Source: Octopus sinensis
Lineage: Eukaryota
Assembly: GCF_006345805.1 (NCBI RefSeq)
Contig: NC_042997.1
Coordinates: 187,550,001-187,614,000, forward strand
Direction: 5' to 3'
DNA length: 64,000 bases
The position numbers were made by a program, and so were the translations under genes. Every line of letters begins with the position of its first letter. Positions within the stretch are counted from its first letter, which is position 1. The notes under the pieces were generated by a model. It did not search any database, was not told where the DNA came from, and saw nothing but the letters and a program-made list of their open reading frames with translations. Of this stretch, positions 57,563 to 64,000 are shown piece by piece.

Positions 57563-59000
57563 TCTAGTATATAAAACTGAGATGTATGTGTATTAATTTT
57601 TTACGCAAAATTGGCTTCACCAATTGCTTCCATACTTCTGATGCATGAATAATTTCACCTCGGACAAATTATAGCCCGTTCATTTGATATTTTCAGAAAT
57701 TCCCCACCCCTACACCTACTAAAACATGTACTCCACAAAATTTTGCATATTCGGAATCTACATGATATAACACATATACGTAGAAAATTTCATTAAAAAA
57801 TATCCATTTTTCTGAAAGTTATGATCATCCAAAGTCGGTGGGGTGGTGCAGAAAGCTGTACTTATGCAAATTTGTCTACAATATCAAGGTCAGACAAAAG
57901 AATGTCCCTGTATAGGGAAAGAGAGATAGCTGCAGAAAGGGAGGCATGCCAACAAAGAAACAGACTGTGCACTACAAAAGTTAGAGCATCTTAAAGTGAT
58001 GAACAGAGGTATGCATGACTGGCAAGGAATAGGATTCTCCACTGCAAAACAAAGAGCAGTTGCAGCAGCTCATAGAAGCAACTTCTATGAAGCAGCTTTC
58101 AATTATGATCCAGCAGTTCATTATGCTGATGACACCAGAGTTTCCATTGGTGCAATGACAACTGAGTGCATACGTTGTAAAGCAAGGAAGTTGCCTGGAG
58201 AGACACCTATTTCTTTATTACCCACAAGGGGCTAAACACAGAGGGGACAAACAAGGACAGACAAACAGATTAAGTCGATTATATCGACCCCAGTGCGTAA
58301 CTGGTACTTATTATATCGACCCCGAAAGGATGAAAGGTAAAGTCTTCCTTGACGCAATTTGAACTCAGAACGTAGCAGCAGATGAAATACCACAAAGCAC
58401 TTCGGCCGGCATGCTAACGATTCTGCCATCTCGTCGTTGTGCTACAGTGGTGGAAAGGTTAAACTCCTTGCAACTCACCAACCTCCGGAGCCATTGAAGA
58501 AACTGTTGTCATCAACTGACCAAGATTCCAAGCACTTCCAAAACAAAATTAGATAGTACAATGCTGCACTACATCATTTGGGGCCACAAGAGATATAAAT
58601 GAACCAGGATTCATGCAAACTTTCAGGGTCAAAGGTCAGATTTATCATCATATTGGCTCTCTACTACCTCTGTCAAATGAATCACCAAAATTCCTTCAAA
58701 TATATTTTATGGGTGATTCCCAACAAGAAGAGCAAGCGAGGTGCAAGAACATTTCCGGCATCAGGATGAACATTGTAGTGTCTCTGCAAAATATGCTGCA
58801 TATCAGCAACAACCTGATCAGAAGCTTCAAGACTGCACTAAAGGTGGTGGGACTTAACCTCCTTCAACCTTGCTTCCCACATGGTCAGCTGTATATTGGA
58901 TGTTCTACATTTGGAAATGAAAAGAACCTCTACATTCTCAGTGATAAACATGGCAAGACAGGAAACATAGTATGCGAAGAAGCACTTACATGAATAGTAG
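57563..59000 (+). mobile_element. Helitron with internally deleted RepHel pseudogene (3' terminus not defined)
   Basis: Candidate 5' end TCTAGTATATAAAACTGAG. N-terminal AFNYDP...IGAMTTECIRCKARKLPGETP / CYSGGKVKL...HFQNKIR*YNAAL / FMQTFRVKGQIYHHIGSLLP...FLQIYF joined to the helicase C-terminal tail VVGLNLLQPCFPHGQLYIGCS...NIVCEEALT*. In-frame stop, frameshift and SINE insertion. Confidence 0.88.
58208..58437 (-). mobile_element. Family C SINE inserted into the RepHel coding relic
   Basis: Matches 7356-7578; interrupts the ETP/CYSGGKV segment. Confidence 0.88.
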
Positions 59001-59429
59001 GTCCATGTCATATACAGAAGTGTAAAACCATTGAGCGTTACAAGTATTACTATTACACTTTCACTTTTTCACTGACATGCGTGAATGTATATCTGTGCAT
59101 ATAAAAGTGCAAGAGTAACATGATATATTCACTGTTTGTTTGTGTGTGTGTGTATTCTCTATGCATGACCATTCATTGTTTATAATCTGTACCTGTTTTT
59201 TTTTTTGGCTACGAAATAAGTTAGGCAAACATGTATTTACTTTATATGCATATATGAGTTGAAAACTTTCCTTTCACATTTCACTTAACGTCTATGTTCC
59301 ATGCTGGCATGGGTTGCAGAGTTACGTAAAAAGTTGGTATCTCAGCTACTAGCAGTTGAAACCTGTGTAATCTACACAGCATTTTCAAATTTCATTATTT
59401 TCTTTAACCTGGACGCCAGGTATTTCTGC

Positions 59430-59480
59430 TAGTGTGTGTGTGTGTGCATATATATATGTGTGTGTGTATATATATATGTG

Positions 59481-59512
<32 letters not shown>

Positions 59513-59570
59513 CACACATGTCTGTATACATGTGTGTGTATGTGTTTGTGTGTGCGCATATATATATTTG
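59430..59570. repeat. TG/TA compound microsatellite
   Basis: Direct observation. Confidence 0.92.
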
Positions 59571-59668
59571 CACAGGAATGGCTCTCCAGCAAAGAAGCTT
59601 GCTACCCAGTCACATGGTTCCAGATTCAGACCCACTTTGTGGCACCTTGGGCAAGTGTCTTCTACTAT
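59570..59668 (+). mobile_element. Family B SINE 5' fragment
   Basis: cacatggttccagattcagacccactttgtggcaccttgggcaagtgtcttctactatg. Confidence 0.7.
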
Positions 59669-60120
59669 GCCCTCTGAATGATAGCCTTTTGAATGAGACT
59701 ATTGTATTGGATCCACATCAAAGCACTATTGATTTGGTGCAAAAATTTAATGTGTCATATTCCACAAACATCTCAAGCAAATTGGGAAGGCATGCAAATT
59801 TGGGTTCCACATGAGCTTACGCTGAAGAACCAAAAACAACATTCCATCATCTGCAGCAGTTTTCTAACCAGGAATAACAACCTGAAAGGAAATTGAAAAC
59901 AGTCTTACAGACTTTTTTTCAGAAAAGGAAATAAGTTTCTTTGAATGTAGCATAAAAAAGTTACTTTTCCATTGGGTTGCAGTCATTGGAAACTATGGTG
60001 ATTACATTTTTGATTAAAACTATTCAGACAAACGAAGTTTAAGTTTGTTTTTATATCCTTTCTGTAAAAGGCAATTACTTTTCAAACTCCCTAATACACA
60101 CACACACTATATGATTGTGT

Positions 60121-60450
60121 GTGAAGGTGCATGTTTCAGTGGTTAGAGCATCGGACTCTTAATCATGAGGTAGTGAGTTCAATTCTCAGACCAGACTGTG
60201 TTGTATTCTCGAGCAAGACATTGTTTTTCATGAATCTCCATCTTACTCAGCTGTATAAATGAGTTGCGATGTCACAGGTGCCAAGTTGTATTGGCCTTTG
60301 CGTTTCCCTTGGATAACATCGGTGGCATGGACAGAGGAGGCCTGGTATGCATGGGCGACTGCTCGTCTTCCATAAACAATCTTGGCTGCAAGAGAACTTT
60401 CTAGGAGAAATCCTATGGTCATTCATAACTGAAGGGGGTCTTTACCCTTT
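60121..60450 (+). mobile_element. tRNA-headed SINE of a further family (CORE-like ctcgagcaagaca segment)
   Basis: A/B-box-like cagtggttagagc and gagttcaattc; single copy in the window. Confidence 0.55.
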
Positions 60451-60485
60451 CATGACTGTGTGAGTAAGAAATTCACTTTATAAGA

Positions 60486-60883
60486 ATCATCATCATCATC
60501 ATTTAACGTCCGCTTTCCATGCTAGCATGGGTTGGACGATTTGACAGAGGACTGGCGAACCAGATGGCTGCACCAGGCTCCAATCTGATCTGGCAGAGTT
60601 TCTACAGATGGATGCCCTTCATAACACCAACCACTCCGAGAGTGTAGTGGCTGCTTTTACATGCCACTGGCATGAGAGCCAGTCAGGCAGTACTAGCAAC
60701 GGCCACACTCAAATGATGTTTTTTATGTGCCACCTGCACAGGAGCCAGTCCAGCGGCACTGGCAACGACCTTGCTGGAATGTTTTTTTACAAATGCCAGT
60801 AAGGCGACGCTGGTAACAATCACGCTCAAATGGTGCTTTTCACATGCCACCAGCACAGAAGCCAGTCCGCTGCTTTGGCAACA
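60486..60883 (-). mobile_element. Family A repeat with four upstream repeat units
   Basis: Reverse complement gives the same ordered units as 34451 and 51321, then core and tail. Confidence 0.85.
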
Positions 60884-60957
60884 ATTTATCCCCAGGCCAA
60901 CCAATGTTCTTTGAATGAATTTAGTAAATGGAAACTGTGCACAATCATGTTGTATAA

Positions 60958-60988
<31 letters not shown>

Positions 60989-62550
60989 AGACTTTATCAC
61001 CACTCAACAACTGGTGTTGGTTTTTTTTATGTCTTCATTACTTAGTGGTTCAGCAAAAAAATGCAGGATAAGTACTGGACCTAAAATAAGTTTTGGAGTC
61101 AGTTGACCACAGTGAAAGAGTATAAAGGCCTAAAATAATAGCAGTGGTTATTGCTGATTAAATCAGCTAGTATTTATTTTAACAACCTCAGAATTATGGA
61201 AGGCAAACCTGACCTTAGAGTAATTTGAACTATGAATACACAACTAAATACCGTCACTCACCTGACCCAGCCAATCCACTCTCATCATCAACAAGTAGAC
61301 TTGTTTCTTAGAAATTTTCCCTGTTACTCTTGACCAGTGGATTCCAGCCAGGGTACTACGACACACATATGTTCATCCATCAGAGTGTCAAAGAATGTCT
61401 AGTAATCCTTAAGGATGACTGATGACTGGTGCAATGACTTTGTTTAAAAAGAAGAAGGGGTGTGCACCATCAACTTCACCCATTCATAGCTATCCTTAAT
61501 CCAGGGGTAAGACCAGGTCAAGATGACTGCAGATGGAGGCAGATGCAGTGGATGACCTAAATGCCTAACTTGCCTCATCTTGTCCTCTGTACTCTACAAA
61601 GCATTTCTGCAACCAGATTTCCATTAAATGAGTCATGAATATTTCTTCTGCTGAGTCTGCTAGAGTCAGTCTTCACATGCATAGGTAGGCAAGCCCTAAT
61701 ATGCAAATTAACCCTTAGCTAGGACCCTGACAGGTGCTACTACTCCAGGTCAGAGTAGACCTGGGAACAATGGTAGCTAAGAGGTGATTCCACATCTTCA
61801 AAACCCTGGAACTTTCAAACCAAGGTCCCACAAGTCCCACAACCAAATGCAGTTTAAAGTCATACCCAAGACACAGTGGGGTTAAAAATAGTAAAGGGTG
61901 TCGCAAATTTTAAAATTTAAATAACAATTGACAATTTTTGATGTCCACATTCCAAACATGGTAAAGTTTAGAAAGAGTAAGAAAATACACTTAGGGTACA
62001 ATTGATTTTCACTGAAGCTTATAATTTTCTGTCAGAGTAAAACATAGAGAAATAAGGTGACGAGATGCCAGAGACATTAGTCACCATTACAGGAGATACT
62101 ATTACAGTGAATATTTTATTAAAACTAATTAAAAATAACATCACTCACTTGATGGTCTTTTATCTAGTTTCTCTAATGAATGAATGCATGCATATATGTA
62201 TGTATGTGATTTGTAAAATGTTAAGATCAACTAATCATGAAATACTCTTCTTCTGATCTAAAAGAGAAATATTAGTATTTAATATGCAGCTTTGACAATA
62301 TTGTATATGTGGGGTTTCCACTGAGAAATAAACAGTTTGTGAAGCTTATTACGCATAGTGAATTTCAGAGTTGTATTTGTATGTCTCACTGTCTATATTT
62401 AAGTTCAAAATGCAATAAATATCATTCATAATTTTGTTATACACAAACCTGAATAATTAAGGTGAAAAAATAGTTTACAATATTTTTCCTAAATTTTATA
62501 ACTTTAAAATTTTCCTTGTGGAGTACAATATGAAGTTAAAAAATATTGAG

Positions 62551-62600
62551 ATCATCATCATCATCATCGTTTAACGTCCGTTTCCGTGGTAGCACGGGTT
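62551..62600 (-). mobile_element. Family A tail-only fragment
   Basis: (CAT)n cgtttaacgtccgtttccgtggtagcacgggtt. Confidence 0.75.
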
Positions 62601-63099
62601 CACTGAATAAAAACAGAAAAAAACCCAAATAACTGCTAATAGTGTTCCAAAGTCTCCATCACAAAGGTGACAGAGAAAGAATTTATTTACTCTGCACATA
62701 AAGAGAGTGAGATTTGATATGAATAGAAAAACACGACCAAATAACAATTGTGGAACAAGAAAAATACTTAGAAGCAAGAAAAGGAAAGCTCATTAGTGTA
62801 ATAAGAGAACATGAAGGAAATCAAGCAAAAAAAAAAAAATTCTCTCTCTTTATATGGAATTAATGAACAGCAAACAGGAAACTAACTACACTGAAGAATC
62901 AACATAAAAGGCTACTAAAAACAACAGATAGAATATAAATTGAATTCCTAAATATACAGAAGAAAAATTGGAGAGAAAAACCCTCCATGGTCAATGTACT
63001 TCAAGAGTCACCAAAAAAAAATTAATAAATAACCTGAGTGTAATGCCTACAATAAAAGTTATGGGATAAAAACAGAAAAATAAGGTCTAAATTCAGCTG

Positions 63100-63870
63100 T
63101 AGAAGACTAATACCTAGTCACAAGCAATTATAAAAATAGTGAAAAATGATACCAAAAACAAGACTATGGGACAATGAGATAGTTGACCACATGATCTCTG
63201 GTTGCTCATCCTTACCAAGTCTTGCCACTTTCCTCCACCTTTCATAAAACACACACAAGACCCCACCATCCTCTTCTTTACTCTCACCTTTGCACTTCAA
63301 GTGACATTTGAATAAGTTGATGAGAGTTTAACTAAAGAGGAAAATGCTTGTCTTCAAACCTCTCAGACAAGTTCACTACACATCTTTCACCGTAGCCACC
63401 AAACAGAGAAACACTACTCATCCTTTCCTGTCAAAGGAAAGTAGCAAACTGATTTTCACTTCAGACTCAGCTGGTAGATGGATTCATCCCATATACCCAA
63501 GCAGCTGATTGGTATAAGCCAACAAAAGGTAAAACATAGACAGTGATTGTGTTCAGAATGGCTTCATTTTCTCTTGTGCAGGTTTGGTTGTTGGCACTTC
63601 TGTGGCTGTAGAGCTTGTCTCCATGTAGCAACTCCATGCCAAGAACTTTTGGAAGCTATCTATAGTCTCTGACTTGAAAGTCCTCCAAAGAACATAGCTC
63701 AAATTTTTTTCAGTAATGCCCGGAATTGTTCCCAGGATATCATCACTCTTAGTCTCCACTAACTCTTCATGAAATATATGAACTGTTTTCCTACCAATGG
63801 TACCAGCCAGCTGATAGTGTATCATATGCATCTGGATGTCAAATGTCCACCTCTAGTCTACATTTGACCT
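63100..63870 (-). mobile_element. Possible Gypsy LTR-retrotransposon gag relic
   Basis: Weak motif series: QLAG...DDILG...LWRTFKSETIDSFQKFL, frameshifted ELLHGDK, later LCVFYERWRKVAR resembling a gag CxYHxRF motif. Recall-based only. Confidence 0.35.
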
Positions 63871-64000
63871 ATGATCACAGCTCAGTCAATAGATGACCTA
63901 TGAGAAGACAAATCACATGAAAGGTACTCACACCAGTTCAGTTAGGTTTTTGTCAGTGTCATCAGTGGTTGAACTATTTCTGCAAATATATTTGCCTCAG

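Noticed and set aside
59341-59353. CTAG at 59349-59352 as the 3' end of the RepHel Helitron
   Set aside because: Followed by C rather than T and no clear upstream hairpin.

Overview
AT-rich, microsatellite- and retroposon-dense animal genomic DNA; the repeat families suggest an octopus/coleoid cephalopod (inference). The one intact protein-coding gene is the 3' part of a discoidin domain receptor tyrosine kinase (DDR2-like, + strand). Seven exons (5977-6105, 8815-9243, 28049-28371, 33255-33382, 35597-35794, 39576-39810, 41284-41616) splice in frame into about 590 aa: stalk, TM helix, Tyr/Pro-rich juxtamembrane region and a complete kinase. The discoidin-domain exons lie upstream of the window. 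The gene appears to use a GC-AG donor on an 18.8-kb intron, competing with an in-phase GT donor. Its introns hold a near-perfect 391-bp-arm palindrome, a 3'-truncated RPLP0 retrocopy, Penelope-like, RTE, Tc1/mariner, piggyBac-MITE and Helitron relics, and several SINE families. Downstream are a probable long retroposon-poor 3' UTR, a SINE-rich intergenic region, a compound Helitron with an internally deleted RepHel, and a weak Gypsy-gag relic. No rRNA, true tRNA gene or CRISPR array is supported, and I found no clear new multi-gene system. All calls are by eye and protein-family recall; no searches were run.
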